Below are positions 1-15,139 of a stretch of 64,000 nt of DNA, piece after piece. A program made the position numbers and the translations under genes. This DNA comes from the human T2T-CHM13v2.0 reference genome, Homo sapiens, in NCBI RefSeq assembly GCF_009914755.1, contig NC_060947.1, one strand, 5' to 3'. The first letter of the stretch is position 1. Every line of letters starts with the position of its first letter. A model generated the notes under the pieces. The model was given only the letters and a program-made list of their open reading frames with translations. It did no database searches and was not told the DNA's origin.

Positions 1-585
1 ATATTTCAGCTATGGGCAGTGATGGACTTCCTTTGATAGCCAATTATTCAAAAGCAATGTCAAACCCAAAGTTTCTTTTTTCTTCCTAGAATCACGTAGT
101 GATTTCAACTTTCTAATAAATAGTATAAGTTTTCTATCTTCTCTCTCCTTTGATTCCCAATTCTTGGATATATAAGTCAGCAGTAATATTAGTTCCCTCA
201 TGATTAAAAGAAACCACTCTGTCTTGCTATGCAATAATGATTCAGGCCTATAGATCACATGCATCCTTATCCCACATGTATTCTCACCATCATGCCCATC
301 TTCTTCCTCCCCATTATCTTTGTTCTTCGATGCCTATACTCTACTCTAGATTGAGGAATAAGCAAGTTTAACTTTGGCTTTTAGATCTACTCCCAATATT
401 CACTAGTTTCATGGTACCAGTAAAAAACCAGTCTTAATTTTCTAGGCTATTATTTCAGCACTTGGGAAACCACAGTAAAGACTCTGTGACTAAGACATTG
501 GATATGAGATAAACAAGACTTTCTTTTCACAGTGCATAAAACTCAACACACAGTGGGCCTGAGTATAGATATAAAATGTCTCTAG

Positions 586-1369
<784 letters not shown>

Positions 1370-1699
1370 ACTCCAAACCCCACAGAATTTGACTCTAATT
1401 TGCTTCAGTTTATTATCAAATCTAAAGAATATCAGAAGGTTGTGGGGAATGGTGTCTTTGAAACAGACAAAGGAGCATCGCAGAGGCAAAAGTTGACAGA
1501 GTCTATATAAAGCATTGTGCAGGAAATAAAGAGCCTTGAATGATAATCTTTGAATATTTACAGTTATCTCTAGTGTGAAAATAGAGGCAGGGTCTTGCTG
1601 CCAACAGAGTCAAGAATTTTAGTACAAATGATAAGATCAATTTTATTGTGATTATCTATCTTAGCTTGATAACATGAAAAATGTATTTTGTTATGTTTA

Positions 1700-1890
1700 T
1701 TTAATTTTTAATTTTTATGGGTGCACAGAAGGTGTATTGATATATTTTTGGGGTACATAAGATATTTTGATACAGGTATTAAAAGTGTAATAATCACATC
1801 AGGGTAAATGAGGTATCCATCATCTCAAGCATTTATCATTTCTTTTTGTTACAAATATACCAATTATACTCATTTAGTTTTTTTAAATAG
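1700..1890 (-). mobile_element. L1MA-type 3' end fragment
   Basis: 'ggggtacataagatattttgatacagg...aatcacatcagggtaaatgaggtatccatcatctcaagcatttatc' matches the L1MA 3' UTR in antisense. Confidence 0.75.
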
Positions 1891-3394
1891 CATGGAAAAT
1901 TTAATATATCATATGTCCCTTGCTTTGATTCTATGCTCACCAAGCACCTTTCTGACTATAACTTGGGTTCCATATATGTGCCTAGAGAGAGGAAATATAC
2001 TGGTCAGGCAGATTTTAAATATTTCACCAACCGTGATTTTTTTATTTTTTAATCACTGGGAACTAACAAACAGCCATTATGTTTTCGTTGCTATGATTTG
2101 GCTAAATGCAAGTGCTCTCTTGAGAAATTTGTCTCCTTTAGGTGTGTTACTAATATCAAGCTTCTGAAGGCAAGGCCCTGGACTTTCTACATTTCTGCCT
2201 GTGACTCGCTTTTATTATTTGAAATTCTGCACTGTAATATCTAACATGTTTAAGAACACTTAGAAGAATATGGGCCACTAGCCTAGGGGAAGCAATCTCA
2301 TACCAGACCTGCTTCTTGGCAGGGCCTTGGAAGTGAATCTTGGTAAAGGTCTTGCAGAAATTTATCTGCGTGCCAAAAAGTACCTACCTGATTGTCCAGA
2401 AAGCAAATGGACTAGAACTATTACTTTTCAGCCACTAAATGCTGTTTGGGGATCTGAAAAGAATGTCTCTCGGTACCATGCAGAGTATTTTTACAGTCAA
2501 AAACACATTTTTAAAGCTACCATACTGTCCATGACAAAACATCGTAATTATGTATATTCTGACCTGCTCTCCAACTTTCTCTAAGATCCTGAGTATTGGG
2601 TGCTTGCCATAAACACTGGTATTTGTGATTATGGTACATGTTTATACCAGTCTTGCCCATTTACAATTACTTCGTCAGAGAGTTTGTGACATTTCATGCC
2701 AATATGTTAGTTAAAATATAATTCAGATGGATGTTTCTGAGTATTCTGTGGGTGTTCAGAAGAATAAAGAGACAGACAATCAGTTTCTGTTGTATAATCA
2801 CCTCACTCTCAGACATGCTGTTTCTGTTGGAATTCTTTATTATGGATGGAAATTGATTCTGCAATGTTCAAAGCAACATCTCTCCATGTTCCCCCCCAAA
2901 ACCCACAAACTCAAAGTTTCAAACCAAAAACTTAATATTAAATACATTTATTTAAGAAATATAATAACCTGTTTTTCCACAGGGCAGCATGTATGGCTAC
3001 AATAAGAATGAAAAGCTTTTGAGTATCAAAAGGCTTCTCCAAAATCAGTTGTGATGAATTAGGAATATGTGAATCATCAACTTCTGATTAAATTTCTCCT
3101 AAGCATGTGGCATACACCTAACAAGAAAATAAAATTAGAAAATGCTTGCAAAATAATGCTTTGGTTTTTATTTAATAACCCTGGTTCTTCGGAAGAGTTA
3201 CAGAAGTCATTGACAACACAGAAAGGCACTTTACTTTTTTTCAGAATTATGTGGGAATGTTTAAGAAATTGGCTGGTAAACCATCATTCTCCTATACTGC
3301 ACATGGAGGAGACATATCATTTATTCCTTTTTCTATGTCTGTCTTTTCTCTTACCCAGTTTGCTTCTGTGGAATTTCTAATGATCCTCTAATAA

Positions 3395-3680
3395 CAATAA
3401 TAACAGCTATAGTAGTGGTGGCAGCAACAGCAGTTATCATTTATGTATCGACTACATACTACGCACTTAGCATTTTGCTAAGCCCTTTACAATGATAAAA
3501 TGGTTCCCTCTCTCCTTAATACTTTGCAGCTGGTACTGGTATTTCTCCCATTTTACAGATGAGGAAAATGAAGATGAAGAGAGGTTAAATAACTTGCCCT
3601 AATAAGCTGCTGCTGTTATATTCAAACCTAGTTACATTTGGTTATGGGAGCTATGCACTTAAACACTATATAATAATGTC
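3395..3680 (-). mobile_element. MIR SINE
   Basis: Core 'cccattttacagatgaggaaaatgaag...agaggttaaataacttgccc'. Confidence 0.8.
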
Positions 3681-3994
3681 TCACAAAGATGAGATCAGTG
3701 AAATTACCCTGATCTCTGGGTGATTATGTAATTGGAAGGTATGTAATCTTCTCAATGTTTATACATGCTTATCATTTGCTCAAAGTCTATGAAACTGTAA
3801 CCAAAATGAGCAACATTGAGCATTGTGCTCAGATTTAGTAAAAATTCTTAATGAAACAAGAGACAGCCAGCTTATCAGCTAAATCATTAATTAGGTAGCA
3901 TATGTCATGGTCAGATCGCTTAAATATTCATAAATATAATTTATTTTAATAGACGATATTAAATCATTCAATAATAAATTCCCATATTGCTGTT

Positions 3995-4690
3995 TGTCTT
4001 AGTCCAGCAGTCCCCAACCTTTTTGGAACCAGGGACAAGTTTTGTGGAAGACAATTTTTCCACAGACTGAGGGGGTGATAGTTTGGGGATGATTCAAGCA
4101 CATTACATTTATCATTAGACTCTCATAAGGAGTGTGCAACCTAGGCCCCTCACATGCACAGTTCACAATAGCGTTCACACTCCTAAGAGAATCTAATGCC
4201 ACTGCTGATCTGACAAGAGGTTGAGCTCAGGTCGTAATGCTCACTCGCCCACTACTCACCTCCTGCCTTGTGGCCTGATTCCTAACAGGCCACGGACCAG
4301 TACTGGTCTGTGGCCCAGAGGTTGGAAACCCCTGTCTTAGTCCATTCAGGTTGCCAGGACAGAATACCATAGAGTGAGTGGCTTACGAACAACAGAAATT
4401 CATTTATTACATTCTGGAGACTGGGAAGTCCAAGATCTTGGTGCCAGCAGACTGGTGTCTGGTGAGGGCCTGTTTCCTAGATATTTGTCTTTTCTTTGTA
4501 ACCTCACATGGCAGTAAGGGACAAGGGGTCTCTTTCTTGCCTTTTTTACACAGGCACTAATCCTATTCATGAGGGCACTGCTCCCATGACCTAATCACCT
4601 CCAAAAGACCCCACCTCCTATACCATCACTTGGGGGATTAGGATTTCAACACATGAATTTTAGAGAGACAGAAACATTCCACCCATTGCA
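3995..4690 (-). mobile_element. MaLR solo LTR (MLT1A/MSTD-like), interrupted near its end by MER1B
   Basis: 'tgtcttagtccattcagg...ctggagactgggaagtccaagatc...atgacctaatcacctccaaaagacccca...ggatttcaacacatgaattt'. Confidence 0.85.
4005..4334. mobile_element. MER1B hAT-Charlie DNA transposon with 8-bp TSD
   Basis: Terminal inverted repeats 'cagcagtccccaacct' / 'aggttggaaacccctg'; TSD TCTTAGTC at 3997-4004 and 4335-4342. Confidence 0.9.
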
Positions 4691-4867
4691 CAGCATTTGT
4701 GGAATTCATGTTAGGATTTATCTATTACAAGGAGATCATCATATTCTATAAGTCACAGAAGCTAGGAAGATGCATTTTCTAAATAGAATGTACTCCTAAA
4801 TTGTGACATAGAACTCAAGAGTGGAAATAAATGATGCATATGTTGCCATAAGATATTAAAAAGCAGA

Positions 4868-7800
4868 TCTGAAAAAACAAATGGAGAATAGGAGGCAGGA
4901 CTAACTTGCACCTCCCACTTGGATGGACAGAGTAGCGTGTGAAGACTCATATTGTGAACTTTTGCTCCAGGAACTACCTCAGGAACATAACAGTAAAGCT
5001 GAAAGAATCCAAAGACCTTTTGAAGGAACTGGCTTGTCACTGTAGCTCTGCCAGACAGCCAAAAAACTGAGAGTGCCCAAAGTGTGTAAGGGGGAAAGTT
5101 CTGCCCCCAAACACACATCCTCACTGGGAAACCTTAAAATACAGATCACGAGAAGAATTTAACTGTAACTAGAGCTGAGATAAATTTAGAGAGCCACAGA
5201 AAATATAGAGGTAGAGGTGGCAGCAGGAAGAGCCCTGTGGGTACTCTCGGTCCCCAGGGAAGTCATTTCTGACCTTGTCTCACAGGGGACCTTGGGGAGC
5301 CCTGCCAGTGGAATTGGGGAAAGACTGCAGGAAGAAGGAAACTTCCAACCGAACATTGTAACAATTTTGACAAAATAAGTAGTTTCCTGGACAGAATCTG
5401 GGGTGGGGTGCAAACAGGTAGTGCAGATACCAGCACAGAATCCACAGCAGGCAGGGAGGTGCGAAACCTGAAAGCCCTGCTTGCTTTCTCATTGGGGAGG
5501 CTTGTAGCCTGCAAGAAGTTCTCAGCCCTGCTCATTGGCTGCCTGGAACTAAACTAGTGCTATTGGTGGCGGGCGGGGGCGGGTACAATGAGAGTGAGAC
5601 TGGCCTTTCTGGCTGTGTAGAAGCTGCGTGAGGCCTGTCACTGCCAGCTATTCTCCACTTCCCTGGGAGCCTATATGACATAGCAGAGGAAGATGTAATC
5701 CCCCCAACAGCAGCCGCAACAGGCCCCTCCCAAGGAGATTCTGAGTTCAGACACACCTAACCCTGGGCCCACCTGATGTCTTTCTCTGCTCATCCTGATA
5801 TCTGAAGACAAAGGACATCTCTCCGGAGCTATGTGGCTCTGCCCACTGCCTGAGAAACCCAAATACTTATCCAGGCGACTCTACGGCAAGCTTGTATCCT
5901 CCCTATATTACCTCAACTGTTGCTCTCCTGCAAGTGCCACCTCCTGGCTGGAGGCCAACCAACACAAAACCAGCACACTAAACAAAACTGTAACCAAGAA
6001 CCCTATCAGAGTCCACTTCACTACCCTGCTACCCCCACCAAAGCAGGTGCTGGTACCAACAGCTGAGAGACTTGAAGATGAATCACATCACAGGACTTTT
6101 GGCACACACTCCCCAGTACCAGCCCAAAGACCTGTAGCTCTGCTGGGTAGCTAGACCCAAAAGAGAAACAACAATCACTGCAGTTCACCTCTCAGGAATC
6201 CCCATCTCTAGGGGAAAGGGCAGAACACCACGTGGGACAAACAAATCTGAACAGCAGCCCTTGAATCCCAGATATTCCTGCTGGCATAGTCTACACAAAT
6301 AAGAAGGAACCAAAGAAAATTCTGGTAATATGACAAAACAAGGCTTTTTCGCACCCCAAAAAGAACACACTAGCTCACCAGCAATGGATCCAAACCAAGG
6401 AGAAATCTCTGAATAGCCAGAACAAGAATTCAGAAGGTTGATTATTAAGCTAATCAAGGAGCACCAGACAAAGGTGAAGTCCAACTTAAAGAAATCAAAA
6501 CATGATACAGAATATGAAAGGAAAATTGTTCAGTGAAGTAGAAAGTATAAATAAAAAACAATCACAATTTCTGGAAATCAAGGACACACTTAGAGCATGC
6601 AAAATGCACTGGAAATCCTCAAAAATAGAATCAAACAAGTAAAAGAAAGAACTTTAGAGCTCAAAGACAAGGCTTTTAAATTAACCGAATCCATCAAAGA
6701 AGAAACAAAGAATTTAAAAAATGAACAAAGCTTTCAAGAAGTTGGGGATTATGTTAAACAAACAAACCTAAGAATAATTGGTGTTTCCAAGTAAGAAGAG
6801 AAATCTAAAAGTTTGGAAAACATATTTGAGGGAATAATTGAGGAAAATTCCCAGGCCTTGCTAGAGATCTAGACATCCAATTACAAAAAGCTCAAAGAAC
6901 ACCTGGAAAATCAATCCCAAAAAGATAAACACCTAGGCACATAGTCATCAGGTTGTCTAAAAAAAAAAGACAAAAGAAAGAATCTTAAGAGCTGTAAGAC
7001 AAAAGCATCAGGTAACCTACAAAGGAAAACCTATCAGGTTAGCAGCAGATTTCTCAGCAGAAACCCTACAAGCTAGAAAGATTTGTGGTGCTATCATTAG
7101 CCTCCTTAAACAAAACAATTATTAGACAAGAATTTTTCATCCAGCCAAATTAAGCTTCAAAAATGAAGAAAATATAGTTTTTTTTTTCAGAAAAACAAAT
7201 GCAGAGAGAATACGCCACTAACATGCCAGTAATACAAGAACTGCTAAAAGGAGCTCTAAATAGTGAAACAAATCCACAAAATATACCAAAATAGAACCTC
7301 CTTAAAGCATAAACCTCACAGGACCTATATAACCATAACACAATGAAAAAATACGAGGTATTCAGGCAACAAAGCACAAGGAATAGAATAGTACCTTGCA
7401 TCTCTCTACTAACATTGAATGTAAATGGCTTAAATGCTTCACTTAAAAGATACAGAATGGCAGAATGGATTAAGAAATGCAAATCAAAACCACAATGAGA
7501 CACCATCTCACGCCAGTTAGAATGGTGATCATTAAAAAGTCAGGAAGCAACAGATGCTGGAGAGGATGTGGAGAAATGGGAATGCTTTTACACTGTTGGT
7601 GGGAGTGTAAGTTAGTTCAACCATTGTGGAAGACAATGTGGCGATTCCTCAAGGATCTAGAACCAGAAATACCATTTGATCCAGCAATCCCATTACTGGG
7701 TATATACCCAAAGGATTATAAATCATTTTACTATAAAGACATATGCACACATATGTTTATTGCAGCACTGTTCACAATAGCAAAGACTTGGAACCAACCA

Positions 7801-10800
7801 AAATGTCCATCAATAATAGACTGGATTAATAAAATGTGGCACATATACACCATGGAATACTATGCAGCCATAAAAAAGGATGAGTTCATGTCCTTTGCAG
7901 GGACATGGATAAAGCTGGAAATCATCATTCTCAGCAACTAACACAGGAAAAGAAAACCAAATAACCAAACACCGCATGTTTTCACTCATAAGTGGGGGTT
8001 GAACAATGAGAGCACATGGACACAGGGAGGGGAACATCACACACCAGGGCCTGTCAGGGGGTAGGGGGATAGAGGAGGGATAGCATTAGGAGAAATACCT
8101 AATGTAGATGATGGGTTGATGGGTGCAGCAAACCACCATGGCACACATACCTATGTAACAAACCTGCACGTTCTGCACATGTATCCCAGAACTTAAAGTA
8201 TAATTTTAAAAAAAAGAAAAGAAAAGAATTTACTAACCAAGTTTCTGCTGTCCTCAGGAGACTCACTGAACACATAAGGACTCACATAAACTTAAAGTAA
8301 AGGAGTGAAAAAAGATATTCCATGCAAATGGATACCAAAAATGAGCAGGAGTAACTCTTCTTACATCAGACAAAACAGACTTTAAAGCAACAGCGGGCAA
8401 AAAAGGCAAAGGGGGACATTATATAATGATAAAAGGACAAGTCCCACAGAAAATATCACAATAATAAATATATATGCACCTAACAGTGGAGCTCCCAAAT
8501 TTATGAAACAATTACTACTGGACCTAAGAAATGAAATAGATGGTAACACAATAGTAGTGGGGAACTTTAATACTCCACTGACAGTACTAGACAGGTCATC
8601 AAGACAGAAAGTCAACAAAGAAACAATGGACTTAAACTATACCCTAAAACAAATGGACTTAACAGATATTTACAGAACATTCTACCCAACAACTGCAGAA
8701 TTTACATTCTGTTCATCAGCACATGGACCATGCTCCAAGGTAGACCATACAATAGGCCACAAAACAAGTATCAGTAAATTTAAGAAAATCACAACTATAT
8801 CAAGTACTCTCTCAGAACATAGGGAAATAATATTGAAAATCAACACCAAAAGAAACTCTCAAAGCCATGAAAATACAGAGAAATTAAATAACCTGATCTT
8901 ACATGATTGTTGGGTCACAAATGAAATCAAGATGGAAATATAAAAATTATTTGAATTGAACAATAATAGTGACACAACCTAACATATCTTCTAGGACACA
9001 GCAAAAGTGGTGCTACAAGGAAAGTTCATAGCATTAAATGCCTACATCAAAAAGTCTGAAAGAGCACAAATAGACAATCTAAGGCTGCAACTCAAGAAAC
9101 TAGAAAAACAACAATCCAAACCCAAACCTAGCAGAAGAAAAGAAATAACAAAGGTCAAAGCAGACCTAAGTGAAATTGACACACACACAAAAATACAAAA
9201 GATAAATGAACAAAAAACTGGGTCTTTGAAAAGATAAACAAAATTGATAGAACATTAGACAGATTAACCAAGAAAAGAAAAGAGAAGATCCAAATAAGCT
9301 CAATTAGAAATGAAACAGGAGCTATTTCAACCAGTGCCACAGAAATACAAAAGATTATTCAAAGCTATTATGAACACCTGTATGTGCACAAACTAGAAAA
9401 CCTAAAGGAGATGCATAGAATCCTGGAAATATACAACCCTCCTAGATTAAACCAGGAAAAAGCAGAAATTTTGAACAGAACAATAAAAAGCAGTGACATG
9501 GAAATGGTCATTTAAAAATTGCCAAAAAAAAAAAAAAAAATGTCCAGGGCCAGACAGACTCACAGCTGAATTCTATCAGACATCCAAGGAAGAATTGGTA
9601 CCAATTCTGTTGACACTATTCCAAAAGATAGAGAAAGAGGGAATCCTCCCTAAATCATTCTTTGAAGCCAGTATCACCCCAATACCAAACCAGTAAAACA
9701 CATAACAAAAAAAGAAAACTACAGACAAATATCCCTGATGAATATAGATGCAAAAATCCTCAACAAAATACTAGCCAACCAAATACAACACCATATCCAA
9801 AAGATAATCCACCATGATCAAGTGAGTTTTTTACCAGGGATGCAGGGATGGTTTAACATACATATGTCTATAAATGTAATACACCACATAAACAGAATTA
9901 AAATAAAAACCACACGATAATCTAAATAGACACAGAAAAAGCATTTGACAAAATCCAGCATCGCTTTGTGATTAAAACCCTCAGCAAAATCGGCGTAGAA
10001 GGGACATAACTTAAGGTAATAAAAGCCATCTATGACAAACTAACAGCCACATTACACTGAATAAAAAAAAGTTAAAAGCATTCGCCCTGAGAACTGGAAC
10101 AAAACAAGGATGCCTACTTTCACCACTTCTGTTCAACATAATGCTGGAAGTCCCAGCCAGAGCAATCAGACAAGAGAAAGAAACAAAGTCATCCAAATCA
10201 GTAAATAGGAAGTCAAACTGTCGTTGTTTGCCGATCATAATTGTATACCTAGAAAGCCCTAAAGACATCGAAAAATCTCCCAGAACTGGTACGTGAATTC
10301 AGTAAACTTACAGGAAACAAAGTCAATGCAAACAAATCAGGGGCACTGCTATATGCCAACAGTGACCAAACTGAGAATAAAGTAAAAAACTCAACCCATT
10401 TCGCAAAAGCTGCAAAAAAGTAAAGTACTTAGGAATGTACCTAACAAAGCACGTGAAAGACCTCCACAAGGAAAACTACAAAACACTACTTAAATAAATC
10501 ATAGACGACAAAAACAGGTGGAAACACATCCCATACTCATGGATGGGTAGAATCAATATTGTGAAAAGGACCATACTGCCAAAAGCAATCTACAAATTCA
10601 ATGCAATTCCCATCAATATATCACCATAATTCTTTACAGAACTAGAAAAAAATTCTAAAATTCATATGGAACCAAAAAGGAGCCCGCATACCCAAAGCAA
10701 GATGAAGCAAGAAGAACAAATCTGGAGGTATCACATTATCTGACTTGAAACTATATTATAAGACCATGGTCAACAAAACAGCATTATACTGGTATAAAAA

Positions 10801-12166
10801 TATGCACATAGACAAATGGAATAGGGTAGAGATCCCAGAAATAAAGCCAAATGCTTACAGCCAACTGATCTTTAATAAAGCAAACAAAAACATAAAGTGG
10901 GGAAAGGACACCCTATTCAACAGATGGTGCTGGGATAATTGGCAAGCCACATGTAGAAGAATGAAACTGGATCCTCATCTCTCACCCTATACAAAAATCA
11001 ACTCAAGATGGATCAAGGACTTAAATCTAAGATCTGAAACTTTAAAAATTCCAGAAAATAACATCGGAAAACCCCTTCTAGACACTGGCTTAGGCAAAGA
11101 CTTCATGACCAAGAACCCAAAAGCAAATGCAACAAAGCAAAGATAAATAAATGAGACTTGATTAAACTAAAAAAGTATCTCACAGCAAAAGGAGGAATCA
11201 GCTGAGTAAACAGTCAACACACAGAGTGGGAGAAAATCTTCACAATCTACACATTGGACAAAAGACTAATATCTACAATCTACAAGGAATTCAAACAAAT
11301 CAGCAAGAACAAAACAATCACATCAAAAATTGTGCTAAGGACGTGAATAGACAATTCTCAAAAGAAGATATACAAATGGCCAACAAACATATGAAAAAAT
11401 GCTCCACATAACTAATGATCAGGAAAATGTAAATCAAAACCACAATGCGATACCACCTTACTCCTGCAAGAATGGCCATAATCAAAACCTTAAAAAAAAT
11501 AATAGATGTTAGCCTAGATGCAGTGAAAAAGGAACACTTCTACACTGCTGGTGGGAATCTAAACTAGTACAACCAGTATGGAAAACAGCGTGGAGATTCC
11601 TTAAACAGCTAAAAGTAGATCTACAATTTGATTAAGCAATCCCACTACTGGGTATCTACCCAGAGGAAAAAAAAGTCATTCTATGAAAAAGCAACGAGTA
11701 GATAGATAAATTACTATTTATTATTTATTACACTTTCGTATAAAGTCATTATATGAAAAAGCAACGAGTAGATAAATCAAATACTATTCAGCCATAATAA
11801 GGAATGAATAATGGCATTGGCAGCAACCTGGATGGAACTGAAGACTATTTTTCTAAGTGAAGTAACTCAGGAATGGAAAACCAACCATGGTATGTTCTCA
11901 CTCATAAGTGGGAGCTAAGCTATGAGGATGCAAAGACATAAGAATGATACAACAGAATTTGGGGAATCAGGGGAAATGGTAAGAGGGGTATGAGGAATAA
12001 AAGACTACAAATATGGTACAGTGTATACTGCTCGGTTGATGGGTGCACCAAAATCTCACAAATCACCACTAAAGAACTTACCCATGTAATCAAATACCAC
12101 CTGTTCCCACAATCCTATGGAAATAATTTGTTTAAAACTGTTAAAATAAAAAAATAAAATGCAAAA
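4868..12166 (+). mobile_element. Full-length L1PB1-like LINE-1 (5'UTR, decayed ORF1 and ORF2, 3'UTR, A-tail)
   Basis: ORF1 fragment 6597-6794; ORF2 EN/RT fragments 8503-11411; L1PB 3'UTR 'gggagctaagctatgaggatgcaaag'; TSD AAGATATTAAA(A/G)AGCAGA at 4850-4867 and 12167-12184. Confidence 0.95.
7477..8223 (+). mobile_element. 5'-truncated L1PA (L1PA6-8-like) 3' end nested in the L1PB ORF2 start
   Basis: 154-aa ORF2p C-terminal frame (MQIKTTMR...HCWWECK), L1PA 3'UTR 'gggatagcattaggagaaatacctaatgtagatg', A-tail; host sequence resumes after a short AAGAA duplication (7472-7476 / 8224-8228). Confidence 0.92.
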
Positions 12167-14839
12167 AAGATATTAAAGAGCAGAATAACTTATAGAAAAC
12201 ACTAGAAAATGGAACCTCTGTATTCCTAATGCTTGTTTAAATGTACCCAGTTCTATAATCTCAGATGAATCACTTATCTTTTCTGGGTCTCCAATTTTTC
12301 ATCCATCCAATGTATTACTATAATATCTCTGCTTTTCCCTTCCCTGCTCTGACTTTCTTAAAATCCCATTCATTTTGGATATCTCGTGAGCTGCTTGTAT
12401 GGCATTATAGATAAGTAAGAATGCTTGTCCTTTAAATTCTTACTTGGTCCACTCCAGTATGTAAGAGGAAGTAGTATATGTGGTTTATACAGAAACAGAA
12501 ATGACTTTGTAAACAAATATTTACAATAATTTCCCAGCCAGAAAATGAGTATGGTTTATGACAAGAGCATAATCATCAAGGGACAGAAATCAATTGATGG
12601 AGAATGAAAAACTCCAGTCAGGAATGTTTTGCCAACTCTCTGGATTGCAAGCAATGGGCTTAAAACAAACTCAAAAGAAATGAAGAAATCCCATCTGACA
12701 TCTAGTTCAGACTTTATTACTGAACACTTTTCACTTAGAATATTTACATGCGAATTCCAGACTACAGTTTCCTTCTGGTTATGGATTCTGGTTATTTCCC
12801 AATTTATCATTAGCAGCTCTAATAAAGCCAACCCTAGAGTCTTCAGTAGATGTTAAACTCACCACTCTTATGTGAGTTGGCATCATGGGCCTGGCCATGT
12901 TCTAAACTGAGATACACAATTGGCATCTTGAACTTGCTATGCCAATCAGCAAGTCTCCTGTGGGCAAATTTCAAGCCAGGTAGGTTCCATTTTTTTCACT
13001 TAAGAAAAATATTTAATTATTAATAGTTTTCAAATTAATTTGTTGGCAGGAAACTGAAACTCTTAGAAAGGGAAGACATGATAGGAGTCTTTCTCTTTTT
13101 TATGTTAGTGCAAGTCATATCCTGCATACTATCCTCTCTTGCTCAGTGTTGCCATTAGGCTTCTGCTTAGACCACATTTTCCCATAGAACTAGTACAAAT
13201 ACTTCCATATTAACAGAGACTGGGGAGCAGCTCACTACCCTTCTAATTGCTAAGCACTCTCTAAGATTACATTTCCTGAAGGCAGAAACCTTGCTATGGT
13301 GGTGTGGAACTGACAAGAATAAAGGGATTCTTGTTAAAGGAGGAGTAAAGACATTAAGTGCTGAAACCTTAAAGTTCCAAATGGAATTCCTTAATGCAAG
13401 AGATTAAAAGATGACTCAAATTCTATTTGAACAACACAATCTTCTTCACTTAAAAGTGACATATATTTTTTCCTAGAGAATCTGCATGTGTCTATGTGTA
13501 CAGGTGCAAAAATGTGTACATAACTCAGTATGATACATCAAAATAAAATTAATCATAGATTAATTAGGCAATGAATTACCTTACAAATAAAATTGTGTTG
13601 ATTTAAACCTACCCATATACACAAATACTGAAAATTTTACCCTACCATTATAACCCATTTTTCTACAATTATTTGGCACATTTCTTTGAAGTAAATGTGC
13701 CAAATAATAAATATAAATGTAAATGTAATATATAAATACAAATGTAAGGACAACAATGTACATTAATGACATATTGCTATTTATATCATTCTCCTGAATA
13801 TATTTTCCAGAACTCCAGTAGGTATTTAATTATAATATTTCCATATTATGATTCAAAGTACCTTACACAAATCAGTTGCTACAGCCTTCATAGCTAAAGA
13901 CCGTCATGAAGGATGGTTGAGACATATGTCTCTTTGAGTTAACTTTCTTGGGATTTTGATATTTGCATTGGAGTATTACCCCCCAATGTTTCTGATCTGT
14001 ATAAAGCTAATTATGTGCTACTATTAAAGCAGATTGCAAGAGACATTGACAGTTGGAAAGGCCTAATGACCAGCTGGATGGGAAAATTTTATGTTGTCAA
14101 AATGGTAAGTTTGCCAGGAATTTTACATACCATTTATTTGCTACAAACATGAATACCTAAGCCTTGTTTTAAGATAAACTTAGCCTGCAAAATAATCACA
14201 TTTTGAGTATGAAAAAAACTCAAAGGCTAAGAGGTATGTTCCATATTTTGAGACTGTAATCCTTCACTATCTAAATTCATGTTGAATTTATAGACTTTAT
14301 TTTTTGCCTCAAACTTATAAAAATATAATGTATACAAATAAGAAAAGACATCCTCTAATATATTCAATGTCTATAAAATTTTAAAAAATAAGCTAATAAT
14401 TCAGGGAGCAAATTCAAACCAGTTACATGATGTCTTTTAGAATCCCCTGCATCCAATTGTTTGAGGAAACATTTCACTTTACAACTAGTTGTGTCAACAC
14501 AATAATAATACCATTCCTACAGTACCTTTCATTTTAAGTATTTTTTTGGACATTATCTCATTTGTTCCTCATAATAATTCAGTGATGTAAGATTTCCAGT
14601 CCTAGACTCTTTCCATTGATATCAGAATGCATTAGTAGGGAGAAAAACAACCACTTAATATCGTCTCCTCTTTAATATGCTGCTATTAAAACACAGTGAC
14701 ATATTAAAATTTTCAACTTTTTCTCCTTAATCCCTCAATCTCATTGCATTCTTCTTAGACATAAGAGCAGCTGACAACTGCCTCATCTTTCCATCAACGA
14801 TTTTACCAACATACCTGCATATGTTCCCATATAATGACA

Positions 14840-15016
14840 ATAGCAGCAACAGCAACAATGGCTGGCATTTATTGAGGACTAGTTGCATGCCAAGCACTAC
14901 TTTATACACTTTACCCATTTCAACTTATTTAATACTCATGATAACCCTACAAGCTATGTGCTATTATTTCATCTCCATGTTAGAGATGAGGAAATGAAAG
15001 CATTTTTCCAAGGAAG

Positions 15017-15052
<36 letters not shown>

Positions 15053-15125
15053 GCAAACACAGCAAATACATGGTCTAAACCCAGGAAGCCTGCACCCCAT
15101 ACTCCACTGCATTGCTGCTGTTATA
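14840..15125 (-). mobile_element. MIR SINE with internal (CA)n microsatellite (~15018-15049)
   Basis: 'atttattgaggact...tgccaagcact...ttatttaatactcatgataaccctac...ctccatgttagagatgaggaaatgaaagc'. Confidence 0.75.
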
Positions 15126-15139
15126 AAATAAAAAGTGTC

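Noticed and set aside
4762-6484. Multiple ORFs in the L1 5'UTR (ORF0-like)
   Set aside because: Chance frames in GC-richer L1PB UTR; no recognisable ORF0 peptide and not preserved in sister copies at 21.5 and 56.1 kb
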